64,000 bases of DNA. Origin: an uncultured Methyloversatilis sp. GTDB taxonomy: Bacteria; Pseudomonadota; Gammaproteobacteria; Burkholderiales; Rhodocyclaceae. Below are positions 39,963 through 48,795 of the stretch, one piece after another. The notes beneath the pieces were generated by a model. That model worked only from the letters and a program-made list of their open reading frames with translations. It made no database searches and was not told where the DNA came from. The translations under genes were made by a program, and so were the position numbers. Where the stretch lies: the NCBI GenBank assembly GCA_964527195.1, contig CAZGOH010000001.1, positions 9,505 to 73,504 of the forward strand, read 5' to 3'. Position 1 is the first letter of the stretch. Every line of letters starts with the position of its first letter.

Positions 39963-40889
39963 TCACTTCGCCTGAGTGGGCGTCGTCGCCTTTGCGCGCG
40001 GATGTGCCGCGTCATAGACGCGCGCCAGATGCTGGAAATCCAGATGGGTGTAGATCTGCGTGGTGGCGATGCTGGCGTGGCCGAGCATCTCCTGCACGGC
40101 GCGCAGGTCGCCGGAAGATTGCAGCACATGGCTGGCGAAGCTGTGGCGCAACATGTGCGGGTGCACATGCACGCCGAGGCCGCTTTTCCTCGCCCAGCGG
40201 GCCAGGCGCAGTTCGATCGCACGCGCGCCCAGGCGCCGGCCACGACGACCGACGAATACGGCTGCCTCGTCCGCGGCGGCGAGGGTGGCGCGTCGCTCGA
40301 TCCATTCGCGCAGCGCCTGCGCGGCTTTCGCGCCGAGCGGGACGATGCGCGTTTTGCCGCGCTTGCCGGTGACGGTGACTTCCCCGGCCGTCAGGTCCAG
40401 CCCACCGGTCACGTCGAGCGACGCCAGTTCGGCCAGGCGCAGCCCGGAGGAGTAGAGCAGTTCGAACATGGCGTGATCACGCACTTCCAGCGCATCTTCC
40501 GCCGGCCGGTCGAGCAGGGTGACTGTCTGGTCGATGGCGAGCGCCTTCGGCAGCACGCGCGGCCGTTTGGGCGCTTTCAGCCCGATGCAAGGGTCGGCGG
40601 ACAGCACCCCGCGTCGCGCCAGCCAGCGGTAATAGGCGCGCCAGGCGGAGAGCGCGCGCGCCACCGAACGCGGCGACAGGCCCCGGCCATGCAGGCGCAT
40701 CGCCTGGCGGCGCAACTCGTGCGATTGCAAGGTGGCCAGGGGGCGCCCCGGCAGGCCGGCGGCAAGCAGGCCGAGATCGCGCCGGTAGGCGGTCAACGTA
40801 TGCGGGCTGGCGCGCCGCTGGTGGGCAAGTTCGGCCAGGAAGCGCTCCACCGAGGTTTCGGCGCCGGCCTCCGGGGCGTCTTGCGGCAT
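39963..40889 (-). CDS. xerC: Tyrosine recombinase XerC
   Basis: LYSSGLRLAEL, GKRGKTR, HPHMLRHSFA, LGHASIATTQIY; dapF-DUF484-xerC synteny. Confidence 0.92.
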   Translation of the reverse strand: MPQDAPEAGAETSVERFLAELAHQRRASPHTLTAYRRDLGLLAAGLPGRPLATLQSHELRRQAMRLHGRGLSPRSVARALSAWRAYYRWLARRGVLSADPCIGLKAPKRPRVLPKALAIDQTVTLLDRPAEDALEVRDHAMFELLYSSGLRLAELASLDVTGGLDLTAGEVTVTGKRGKTRIVPLGAKAAQALREWIERRATLAAADEAAVFVGRRGRRLGARAIELRLARWARKSGLGVHVHPHMLRHSFASHVLQSSGDLRAVQEMLGHASIATTQIYTHLDFQHLARVYDAAHPRAKATTPTQAK

Positions 40890-41554
40890 CAGTCGAGGGT
40901 GCGTGCCAAGGCTGCGGCCACCACTTCGCCGATGCGTTCGAGGTAAAGCGTGCCCATTTCCGGATAGAAGCGTTGCGGATCTTCGCTGCCCATGGCCAGC
41001 AGCCCGAAGGCGCGTTCATCTTGGCGCAAGGCGACGAGAGCGAGCGAACGCACCTGGGTGCCGCGCTCGCCGAACCAGTCGAGCAGGTCGGGCCCGCTGC
41101 CGCCGCCGCAGTAGGGACGTTGCAGCGTGGCGACGAACTCGTGGGCGGCGACGCTCATCGGGGCGAATTCCGGAGCATTCGGGATGTTGCCGGGATGCGC
41201 CGAGTCCCACAGACGCACGGCCACGTGCGGCACCGCGAAGTCGCTGCCAAGATGCGAGTAGAGAGCGCCGAGGGCCGCCGCCGCATCGGCCGCACCGGCC
41301 AGCGCGACGTTGAGGCGGTGCGCCTTCGCCAGCAGGGCGTCGTTTTCCTCGCCGAAGCGGATCAGTTCGGCGAGCTTGCTTTCCAGCCGCTTCGCCTGAT
41401 CGCGCAAGGTGCCGATCTGCCGTTCGGTGATCGACACGGCGCGTCCGCCGTGCGGATCGGGAATGGCGATCTGCGCGAGCGCCTCGGCGTACTGGTTGAA
41501 GAAGTCGGGATGATCCTTCAGGTACTGGGCCACATCCTTGGCGGCAAGTGTCAT
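40889..41554 (-). CDS. DUF484 (YigA-like) protein
   Basis: [19 protein letters not shown]; position between dapF and xerC. Confidence 0.9.
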   Translation of the reverse strand: MTLAAKDVAQYLKDHPDFFNQYAEALAQIAIPDPHGGRAVSITERQIGTLRDQAKRLESKLAELIRFGEENDALLAKAHRLNVALAGAADAAAALGALYSHLGSDFAVPHVAVRLWDSAHPGNIPNAPEFAPMSVAAHEFVATLQRPYCGGGSGPDLLDWFGERGTQVRSLALVALRQDERAFGLLAMGSEDPQRFYPEMGTLYLERIGEVVAAALARTLD

Positions 41555-42414
41555 GATTGTTCCTCGGGCAGGGCGGGGATGGCGATTTCGCCGGTGAATG
41601 CGGTGACGGCCGGGCCGGTCATGCGCACAGGGCGCCCCGGGCCTTCCCAGGCGATCATGAGTTCGCCGCCGCGCGTCGCGACGCGCACGGGCGAATCGAG
41701 CAGGTCGCGGCGAATGCCGGCGACGGCGGCGGCGCAGGCGCCGGTGCCGCAGGCGAGCGTTTCGCCCGCGCCGCGTTCATAGACGCGCAGGCGAATGGCG
41801 TGGCGATCGACGACCTCCATGAAGCCAGCGTTGACGCGCTTTGGGAAGCGCGGATGTCCCTCGATCAGCGGGCCGTCGCGCGCGACCGGGGCGCTATCGA
41901 CGTTGCCGACCAGTTGCACAGCGTGGGGGTTGCCCATCGAGACGGCGACGATTTCCGCGCGGCGGCCAGCGAACTCGATGGTCTGCAGCAGCGCGTCGTC
42001 CTCGGTCAGGAAAGGGATGTCCGCCGGCGCGAAGCGCGGCACGCCCATGTCGACCGTGACCAGGCCGTTGTCCTCGAGGCGCGGGGCGATGATGCCGGCC
42101 AGGGTCTCGACGCGGATCTCGCGCTTGTCGGTGAGCCCCTGCGCGTGCACGAAGCGCACGAAGCAGCGCGCGCCGTTGCCGCACTGCTCGACTTCGCCGC
42201 CGTCGGCGTTGAAGATGCGGTAGCGGAAATCGGCATCCGCCCGGGTCGGCCGCTCGACGACGAGGATCTGGTCGCAGCCGATGCCGAAATGACGGTCGGC
42301 CAGCCAGCGCGCCTGTGCGGCCGTGGGCACGAAATCCTGGCCACGCGCGCCGGTGGCGTCGAGCACGACGAAGTCGTTGCCGAGGCCGTGCATCTTGGTA
42401 AAGCGAATCTTCAT
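41551..42414 (-). CDS. dapF: Diaminopimelate epimerase
   Basis: [30 protein letters not shown]. Confidence 0.97.
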   Translation of the reverse strand: MKIRFTKMHGLGNDFVVLDATGARGQDFVPTAAQARWLADRHFGIGCDQILVVERPTRADADFRYRIFNADGGEVEQCGNGARCFVRFVHAQGLTDKREIRVETLAGIIAPRLEDNGLVTVDMGVPRFAPADIPFLTEDDALLQTIEFAGRRAEIVAVSMGNPHAVQLVGNVDSAPVARDGPLIEGHPRFPKRVNAGFMEVVDRHAIRLRVYERGAGETLACGTGACAAAVAGIRRDLLDSPVRVATRGGELMIAWEGPGRPVRMTGPAVTAFTGEIAIPALPEEQS

Positions 42415-42426
42415 CCCGCGAGGATA

Positions 42427-42450
42427 CGCCGTGTCGCCAGGACCGACTTT
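42427..42450 (-). repeat. 24-bp motif copy (intergenic, upstream of dapF)
   Basis: aaagtcggtcctggcgacacggcg. Confidence 0.85.
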
Positions 42451-42463
42451 CCGCAATAGCAGG

Positions 42464-43318
42464 TCAATACGGCTTTTTTTCTCCCGGCGGGCGGGTCTTG
42501 AAGCGCTTGTGCAGCCACAGGTACTGCTCGGGCATCTTGAGGATTTCCTCTTCGATGTAGGCGTTCATGCGGCGCGTGTCGGCCTCGATGCTTGCGCCGG
42601 GATAGTCCGTCCAGGCGTCGCGGATTTCGATGAGGTAGTGGTCCGGCGCCATGCGCGCGATGACCGGCACCACCGCCGCGCCGGTCATGCGTGCCAGTCG
42701 CGAGAGCCCGGTGATGGTCGCCGCCGGCACCCCGAAAAACGGCACGAAGATCGTGTCGCGGCTGCCGTAATCCATGTCCGGCAGATAGTAAAAGGGCTTG
42801 CCGGCCTTCATCGCCCGGATGGCGCGGCGCGTGCCTTCCTGGCGCGACAGCAGTTCCGAATCGCCGAAACGCCGGCGGCCGCGATACAGCGCCGCGTTGA
42901 ACAGCAGGTTCTTCTGATTGGCGTAAATGCTCACCATGTCGCGCTCGAGCGTGAGCCGCGTCCAGCCCATGTCGAGGCCGACGAAATGCGGCACCAGCAG
43001 GATGACCGGCCGGCCGGGCGGAATGCGCTCCAGCCCGGTAACCTGCACGAGCCGACGGATGCGCGCCGGGGAGGCCCACCACAACAGGCCGCGCTCGAGA
43101 AAACTGCGCCCAAACATCTCGAAGTGGCGTATCGCCAGGGCCGACTTTCGTTCGTCCGTCATCTGCGGAAAGCACAGGCCGAGGTTGGTGAGCGTCACAT
43201 GGCGCCGTTCGTGGCCGAAACGGAAGAGCAGGCGGCCCAGCAGGCGGCCGAGCACGGTCAGCGCCGGCAGGGGCAGCCAGTGCAGCAGCCACATCAGGGC
43301 GAGAACGAGACGCGTCAT
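42464..43318 (-). CDS. Lipid A late acyltransferase (LpxL/HtrB family)
   Basis: [29 protein letters not shown]. Confidence 0.92.
   Translation of the reverse strand: MTRLVLALMWLLHWLPLPALTVLGRLLGRLLFRFGHERRHVTLTNLGLCFPQMTDERKSALAIRHFEMFGRSFLERGLLWWASPARIRRLVQVTGLERIPPGRPVILLVPHFVGLDMGWTRLTLERDMVSIYANQKNLLFNAALYRGRRRFGDSELLSRQEGTRRAIRAMKAGKPFYYLPDMDYGSRDTIFVPFFGVPAATITGLSRLARMTGAAVVPVIARMAPDHYLIEIRDAWTDYPGASIEADTRRMNAYIEEEILKMPEQYLWLHKRFKTRPPGEKKPY
43125..43148 (-). repeat. Degenerate motif copy (acyltransferase, KSALAIRH)
   Basis: aaagtcggccctggcgatacgcca. Confidence 0.65.
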
Positions 43319-44118
43319 GCGGGCGGGCTTCCCTTGTAGCGGTTGTAACCCCAGAGATACTGCTCCGGGCACATCAGAACGAGGCGCTCGATTTCGCGGT
43401 TCACATCCGCGGGCGTGGCGACCGGTTGCGCCGGGGCGAACAGTCGCAGGTGATAGCCGGTACCGTAGTGCAGGCGCTCGGCGCAAGCGAGGATGACGCT
43501 TGCGCCGGTTTGCGCCAGCCGTGCCGCCAGCGTCATCGTGTAGGCCGGCCGGCCGAAGAAGGGCGCCCACACGCCTTCGCCGGTGCGCGGCGCCTGGTCG
43601 GGCAGCATGCCCACGGCTGCGCCGGCCTTCAGCGTCTTGAGCAGCTTTTTCACGCCGCCGACGTCGGCGGGCGCGAGTTCGAGGTTCGCGCCGCGTCCCT
43701 GCTCGACGATCCGACCCAGCCAGGCCTGCTTCGGCCGGCGGTAGAGCACGGCGATGGGGCGATGCTTCGCGTAGTACTGGGCGGTGATCTCGAAGCAGCC
43801 CAGATGCGGCGTCAGGAACAGGATGCCCCGGCCCTCGCGCCAGGCCGCCTCGACCAGATCCCAGCCGCTGACCCGGATGACGCGCGCCACGACCTCCTCC
43901 TGCGGACGCATCCAGACCCAGGGCAGTTCCAGGATGGTCTTGCCGGCTTCGGCGATCGCCGCGCCGCGGATCGCCGCCACGCCGGCCTGGCCGGTGTTTT
44001 CGCGCAGATGACGCCGGTAGGTCGGCGAAGCGAGCCAGACGAGCCAGCCGGCGACGGCGCCGAGGTTGTGCAGAACGGTCAACGGCAGGCGTGCGAGGAG
44101 GCGGAAGATCGATTTCAT
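43315..44118 (-). CDS. Lipid A late acyltransferase paralog
   Basis: LTPHLGCFE, MLPDQAP, EQYLWGYNRYK. Confidence 0.9.
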   Translation of the reverse strand: MKSIFRLLARLPLTVLHNLGAVAGWLVWLASPTYRRHLRENTGQAGVAAIRGAAIAEAGKTILELPWVWMRPQEEVVARVIRVSGWDLVEAAWREGRGILFLTPHLGCFEITAQYYAKHRPIAVLYRRPKQAWLGRIVEQGRGANLELAPADVGGVKKLLKTLKAGAAVGMLPDQAPRTGEGVWAPFFGRPAYTMTLAARLAQTGASVILACAERLHYGTGYHLRLFAPAQPVATPADVNREIERLVLMCPEQYLWGYNRYKGSPPA

Positions 44119-44158
44119 GGCAGGTAGAATTATCGCCCACTTCCTTACCCTGCCCATC

Positions 44159-45106
44159 ATGACCACCAAGCTCCGTGCGGCCGTCGTTGGTACCGGTTAC
44201 CTCGGCCGCTTCCATGCCCAGAAATATGCCGCGCTGCCCGACGTCGAACTGGTCGGCGTCGTCGACAGCCATCCCGCCGCCGCCGCTGCGGTCGCCGCCG
44301 AGCTCGGCGTCCCCGCCTTTTCCAGCCATCACGCTCTGGCGGGACACGTCGACCTGGTGTCCATCGCCAGTGTGACCGAAAGCCACCATGCCGTGGCGCG
44401 CGACTGTCTCGCCGCCGGTCTGCACGTGCTGGTGGAAAAACCGGTTACCGTCACGGTCGCGCAGGCCGACGAACTGATCGCGCTGGCCGCCGAACAAAAT
44501 CGCATCCTGCAGGTCGGCCATCTGGAGCGCTTCAATCCCGCCTGGCTGGCCGTGCGCGAACGCGTTGGCGCGCCGGTATTCATCGAAGCCCATCGCCTGG
44601 CGCCGTTCAAGCCGCGCGGCATCGACGTGTCCGTGATTCTCGACCTGATGATCCACGATCTCGACCTGATCCTGCCCCTAGTCGCCAGTCCGCTCAAGGA
44701 AGTGCACGCCTCGGGCGTCTCGGTGCTCACCGACGGTGTCGACATCGCCAATGCCCGGCTGGAGTTCGCCAACGGCTGCGTGGCCAACATCACCGCCAGC
44801 CGCACGTCGACTGCGGCGATGCGCCGCATGCGCATCTTCCAGCGTCACGAATACCTCTCGGTCGACTTTGGCGAGCGCAAGGTCGGCTTCACGCGCCGGC
44901 GCGAGGCCCTGCTCGAAGGCGATGCGCCGCTCGAGACGGAAAGCCGCCAGTTGCCGCCGGGCGACGCGCTGAAGACCGAAATCCGTGCCTTCGTCGATTC
45001 CGTGCGTGCCGGCCGGCCGGTCGCCGGCGCCTGCACGGGTGCCCATGGCCGCGACGCACTCGCCGTCGCCCTCGCTATCGAACAACTCATCCGGGAAAGA
45101 AAATGA
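44159..45106 (+). CDS. Gfo/Idh/MocA oxidoreductase (GnnA-like)
   Basis: GTGYLG, VEKPV, GHLERFNP, DLMIHDLD. Confidence 0.88.
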   Translation: MTTKLRAAVVGTGYLGRFHAQKYAALPDVELVGVVDSHPAAAAAVAAELGVPAFSSHHALAGHVDLVSIASVTESHHAVARDCLAAGLHVLVEKPVTVTVAQADELIALAAEQNRILQVGHLERFNPAWLAVRERVGAPVFIEAHRLAPFKPRGIDVSVILDLMIHDLDLILPLVASPLKEVHASGVSVLTDGVDIANARLEFANGCVANITASRTSTAAMRRMRIFQRHEYLSVDFGERKVGFTRRREALLEGDAPLETESRQLPPGDALKTEIRAFVDSVRAGRPVAGACTGAHGRDALAVALAIEQLIRERK

Positions 45107-46194
45107 ACATCCCCATGCTGGATCTCAAGGCCGAATACGCCTTGCTCAAGGACGAAATCGAACCGGCGGTTTGCGCCGCGCTGGCCGCCTGCCAGTACAT
45201 CGGCGGGCCGAACGTCAAGGCCTTCGAGGCCGAGGCGGCCGCCTACGCGGGCGTGAAGCACGCCATTTCCTGCGCTTCGGGGACCGATGCGCTGCTGCTG
45301 GCCCTGCGCGCCGCCGGCGTCGGTCTCGGCGACGAAGTGGTCACGACGCCCTTCACCTTCGTCGCCACCGCGTCGACCATTCTCATGTGCGGTGCGACGC
45401 CGGTCTTCGTCGATATCGACCCGCGCAGCTTCAACATCGACATCGCCCAGGCGATGGCGGCCGTCACGCCGCGCACCCGGGCCATCGTGCCGGTGCATCT
45501 CTTCGGCCAGCCGGTCGACCTGGCGCCGCTGAAAACCCTGTGCGCCGAGCGTCGCATCGCGCTGATCGAGGATGCCGCGCAGTCCTTCGGCGCCGACTAC
45601 GGCGGCCGCAAGTCGGGCGCCTACGGCGACATCGGCTGCACGTCGTTTTATCCGTCGAAGAACCTTTCCGCCTTCGGCGACGGCGGGCTGGTCGTCACCG
45701 ACGACGACGCGCTCGCCGCCGAATTGCGCGTGCTCGCCTCGCATGGCTCGCGGGTGCGCTACCACCATCACGTGCTCGGCTACAACTCGCGGCTCGACGA
45801 AATCCAGGCCGCGATCCTGCGCATCAAGTTGAAGCGGCTCGACCAGTTCAACGCGCGCCGTATCGCCATCGCCGACTTTTACAATCAACTGCTCAGCGGG
45901 ATCGTTGAAACGCCTTGCGCCGACGGCAGGGGCCGTCACGTCTATCACCAATACACGTTCCTTTCGGATCGGCGCGACGTGATCCAGCAGGCGCTGACCG
46001 CCGCCGGCATCGCCTGCGCCGTCTATTATCCGGTGCCGCTGCACCAGCAGGAGATGTTCGCCGCCACGCACGGCAAGCTCAGCCTGCCGGTGGCCGAGCG
46101 CACGGCACAGCGCTGCCTCTCGCTGCCGATCTCGCCCATGCTGCAGGACGCGCAGATCGAGCGTATCGCTGCCGTGGTCAAGAGCGCCGCCTGA
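45103..46194 (+). CDS. DegT/DnrJ/EryC1/StrS aminotransferase (GnnB-like)
   Basis: SGTDAL, EDAAQSFG, SFYPSKNL, NSRLDEIQA. Confidence 0.9.
   Translation: MNIPMLDLKAEYALLKDEIEPAVCAALAACQYIGGPNVKAFEAEAAAYAGVKHAISCASGTDALLLALRAAGVGLGDEVVTTPFTFVATASTILMCGATPVFVDIDPRSFNIDIAQAMAAVTPRTRAIVPVHLFGQPVDLAPLKTLCAERRIALIEDAAQSFGADYGGRKSGAYGDIGCTSFYPSKNLSAFGDGGLVVTDDDALAAELRVLASHGSRVRYHHHVLGYNSRLDEIQAAILRIKLKRLDQFNARRIAIADFYNQLLSGIVETPCADGRGRHVYHQYTFLSDRRDVIQQALTAAGIACAVYYPVPLHQQEMFAATHGKLSLPVAERTAQRCLSLPISPMLQDAQIERIAAVVKSAA
45856..45879 (-). repeat. 24-bp motif copy (antisense in aminotransferase, RRIAIADF)
   Basis: aaagtcggcgatggcgatacggcg. Confidence 0.8.
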
Positions 46195-46196
46195 GC

Positions 46197-46922
46197 ATGG
46201 CGACCCGCATCCACCCGACGGCCATCATCGAGGACGACGTCGTCATCGGCGAAGACTGCGAAATTGCGGCCCATGCCGTCATCAAGCGCCATACGCGCAT
46301 GGGTGCGCGCAATCGCGTGCATGAGCATGCGGTGATCGGCGGCGATCCGCAGGATTTCAAGTTCAAGCCGGACACACTGTCCCACACCGAGATCGGCGAC
46401 GACAACGTCTTTCGCGAGGGCGTCACCGTGCATCGCGGCTCGCGGCCGGATTCGGTCACGCGCATCGGCAACGGCTGCTTTCTCATGGCCTACGCGCATG
46501 TCGCCCACGACTGCCAGGTCGGCAACCATGTGTTGATGGCCAACACGGCGGGCATCGCCGGCGAAGTGGTCGTCGGCGATCGCGCCTTCATTTCGGCCGC
46601 CGTTACCGTCCATCAGTTCTGCCGCATCGGCCGCAACGCGATGATCGGCCTGTCGGCCAAGGTAGTGCAGGATGCGCTGCCCTTCTGCATCACCGACGGC
46701 AACCCCGGTCGGGCGCGCGGCCTGAACCTGGTCGGTCTGCGCCGCAACGGCTTCGCCGCCGCCGACGTCGCCGCCCTCAAGGACGCGTACCGCCTGCTCT
46801 ACCGGCGCACGTCCCTCGACGAGGCGCTGGCCGCCATGCGCGCCACGGGCAACCCCGTCGTGGCCGAACTGGCCGACTTCATCGCCGGCTCGCGGCGCGG
46901 CTTCGCCCATCCGACGCGATGA
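46197..46922 (+). CDS. lpxA: UDP-N-acetylglucosamine acyltransferase (LpxA family)
   Basis: IHPTAII hexapeptides, IGGDPQD, HVAHDC, VHQFCRIG. Confidence 0.88.
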   Translation: MATRIHPTAIIEDDVVIGEDCEIAAHAVIKRHTRMGARNRVHEHAVIGGDPQDFKFKPDTLSHTEIGDDNVFREGVTVHRGSRPDSVTRIGNGCFLMAYAHVAHDCQVGNHVLMANTAGIAGEVVVGDRAFISAAVTVHQFCRIGRNAMIGLSAKVVQDALPFCITDGNPGRARGLNLVGLRRNGFAAADVAALKDAYRLLYRRTSLDEALAAMRATGNPVVAELADFIAGSRRGFAHPTR

Positions 46923-47111
46923 TCTATAATCCGCCGCCATCGCCGAGTTAATGCGCTACGCACGTAGCCGGGACAACTTGCAGGGCGATTCCCGCGCCGA
47001 ACGTCCTTCGTGAGGCGAGCGTGGAAACAAATTCTGCTAAAGCGTCGCCTGCTCCGTTTCCCCCGAGCCGGTCCGACGACCGAACAGTGGGGAGCAACAA
47101 AGGAGCGCATC

Positions 47112-48287
47112 ATGTCCAACCAATCCAACCAGTATTTCTTCACTTCGGAATCCGTTTCGGAAGGCCATCCGGACAAGGTGGCCGACCAGATCTCCGACGC
47201 GATCCTCGACGCGATCCTGTCCCAGGACCCGGCGTCGCGCGTCGCCGCCGAGACGCTGTGCAACACCGGCCTCGTCGTGCTCGCCGGCGAGATCACCACC
47301 AACGCCAACGTCGATTACATCGGCGTCGCGCGCAACACCATCAAGCGCATCGGTTACGACAACACCGAATACGGCATCGACTACAAGGGCTGCGCCGTGC
47401 TGGTCGCCTACGACAAGCAGTCGCCTGACATCGCCCAGGGCGTGAACAAGGCCTACGACAACAACCTCGACCAGGGCGCCGGCGACCAGGGCCTGATGTT
47501 CGGCTACGCCTGCGACGAGACGCATTCCCTGATGCCGCTGCCGATTTACCTGTCGCACCGTCTGATGGAGCGCCAGGCCATGCTGCGCAAAGATGGCCGC
47601 CTGCCCTGGCTGCGCCCGGACGCCAAGTCGCAGGTCACCGTGCGTTATGCCGACGGCAAACCCGACGCCATCGACACCGTCGTCATCTCGACCCAGCATG
47701 CGCCGGAGATGTCGCTGGACGTCATCCGCGAAGCCGTGATCGAGGAAATCATCAAGCCGATCCTGCCGAAGGAACTCGTCAAGGGCGAGATCAAGTATCT
47801 CGTCAATCCCACCGGCCGCTTCGTCGTGGGGGGGCCCCAGGGGGATTGCGGCCTCACCGGCCGCAAGATCATCGTCGACACCTACGGCGGCGCCTGCCCG
47901 CACGGCGGTGGCGCGTTCTCGGGCAAGGATCCGTCCAAGGTCGACCGCTCGGCGGCTTATGCGGGAAGATACGTGGCGAAGAACATCGTCGCCGCCGGGC
48001 TCGCCACGCGCTGCCAGGTGCAGGTGTCCTACGCCATTGGCGTCGCCCAGCCGACCTCGGTGTGGGTCACCACCTTCGGTACCGGCAAGGTCTCCGACGT
48101 GACCATCGCCGAACTGGTGAAGAAGCACTTCGACCTGCGTCCGAAGGGCATCGTCCAGATGCTGAACCTGCTGCGCCCGATCTACGAGAAGACCGCCGCC
48201 TACGGCCACTTCGGCCGCGACGAACCGGAATTCACCTGGGAAGCGACCGACAAGGCGCTGGCGCTGAAGGCCGACGCCGGACTGTAA
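47112..48287 (+). CDS. metK: S-adenosylmethionine synthetase
   Basis: [26 protein letters not shown]. Confidence 0.98.
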   Translation: MSNQSNQYFFTSESVSEGHPDKVADQISDAILDAILSQDPASRVAAETLCNTGLVVLAGEITTNANVDYIGVARNTIKRIGYDNTEYGIDYKGCAVLVAYDKQSPDIAQGVNKAYDNNLDQGAGDQGLMFGYACDETHSLMPLPIYLSHRLMERQAMLRKDGRLPWLRPDAKSQVTVRYADGKPDAIDTVVISTQHAPEMSLDVIREAVIEEIIKPILPKELVKGEIKYLVNPTGRFVVGGPQGDCGLTGRKIIVDTYGGACPHGGGAFSGKDPSKVDRSAAYAGRYVAKNIVAAGLATRCQVQVSYAIGVAQPTSVWVTTFGTGKVSDVTIAELVKKHFDLRPKGIVQMLNLLRPIYEKTAAYGHFGRDEPEFTWEATDKALALKADAGL

Positions 48288-48296
48288 TTCTCGTGG

Positions 48297-48320
48297 AAAG
48301 TCGGCGCCGGCGGCACGGCG
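48297..48320 (+). repeat. 24-bp motif copy (intergenic, after metK)
   Basis: aaagtcggcgccggcggcacggcg. Confidence 0.88.
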
Positions 48321-48335
48321 CCGATGGATGCGGTC

Positions 48336-48770
48336 TCATCCCGCCTGCTTGGCGATGATAAACGCGCCCAGCTTCTTGTCGGTGTTGAGTATGTGGTTGA
48401 CCAGCCACTGGTTGAGAAAGTCGAGCAGTTCGGCGGCGGAGATTTTCACGCCGGACTTGAGTCCTTCGCGCACGTCGATCACCTTGGCCGAAAAGGCGCG
48501 GTGCTGGGCCAGGTGCTGGTCCGCCGCGCCGTCGCCGTTGTCGGCGTAGCCGAAGCGCTGCATGAGTTCTTCCTCGGTCTCGAAGTGGTAGAGGGCGTAG
48601 CTCAGCAGATCCTGGGTGATCCGTTCGAGCGTTTCCTGGCTGGTATCGCGCGACAGCTTTTCGGCCGCCTCGTTGAGCGTATGCACGAGGATCATGTGTT
48701 GTTCGTCGATCTCCGCGACCCCGGTGGCGAAATCGTCGCTCCACACGAGCGCCCTGGTTTGCTTGTCCAT
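48336..48770 (-). CDS. Bacteriohemerythrin
   Basis: IDEQH, HFETEEELM, HLAQH, WLVNHILNTD. Confidence 0.93.
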   Translation of the reverse strand: MDKQTRALVWSDDFATGVAEIDEQHMILVHTLNEAAEKLSRDTSQETLERITQDLLSYALYHFETEEELMQRFGYADNGDGAADQHLAQHRAFSAKVIDVREGLKSGVKISAAELLDFLNQWLVNHILNTDKKLGAFIIAKQAG

Positions 48771-48795
48771 TTTCGTTTCCTTGTCGTGTTGCGCA

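Noticed and set aside
39963-40889. Tyrosine recombinase as a phage or island integrase
   Set aside because: dapF-DUF484-xerC synteny marks it as housekeeping XerC; no att sites or mobile genes nearby.
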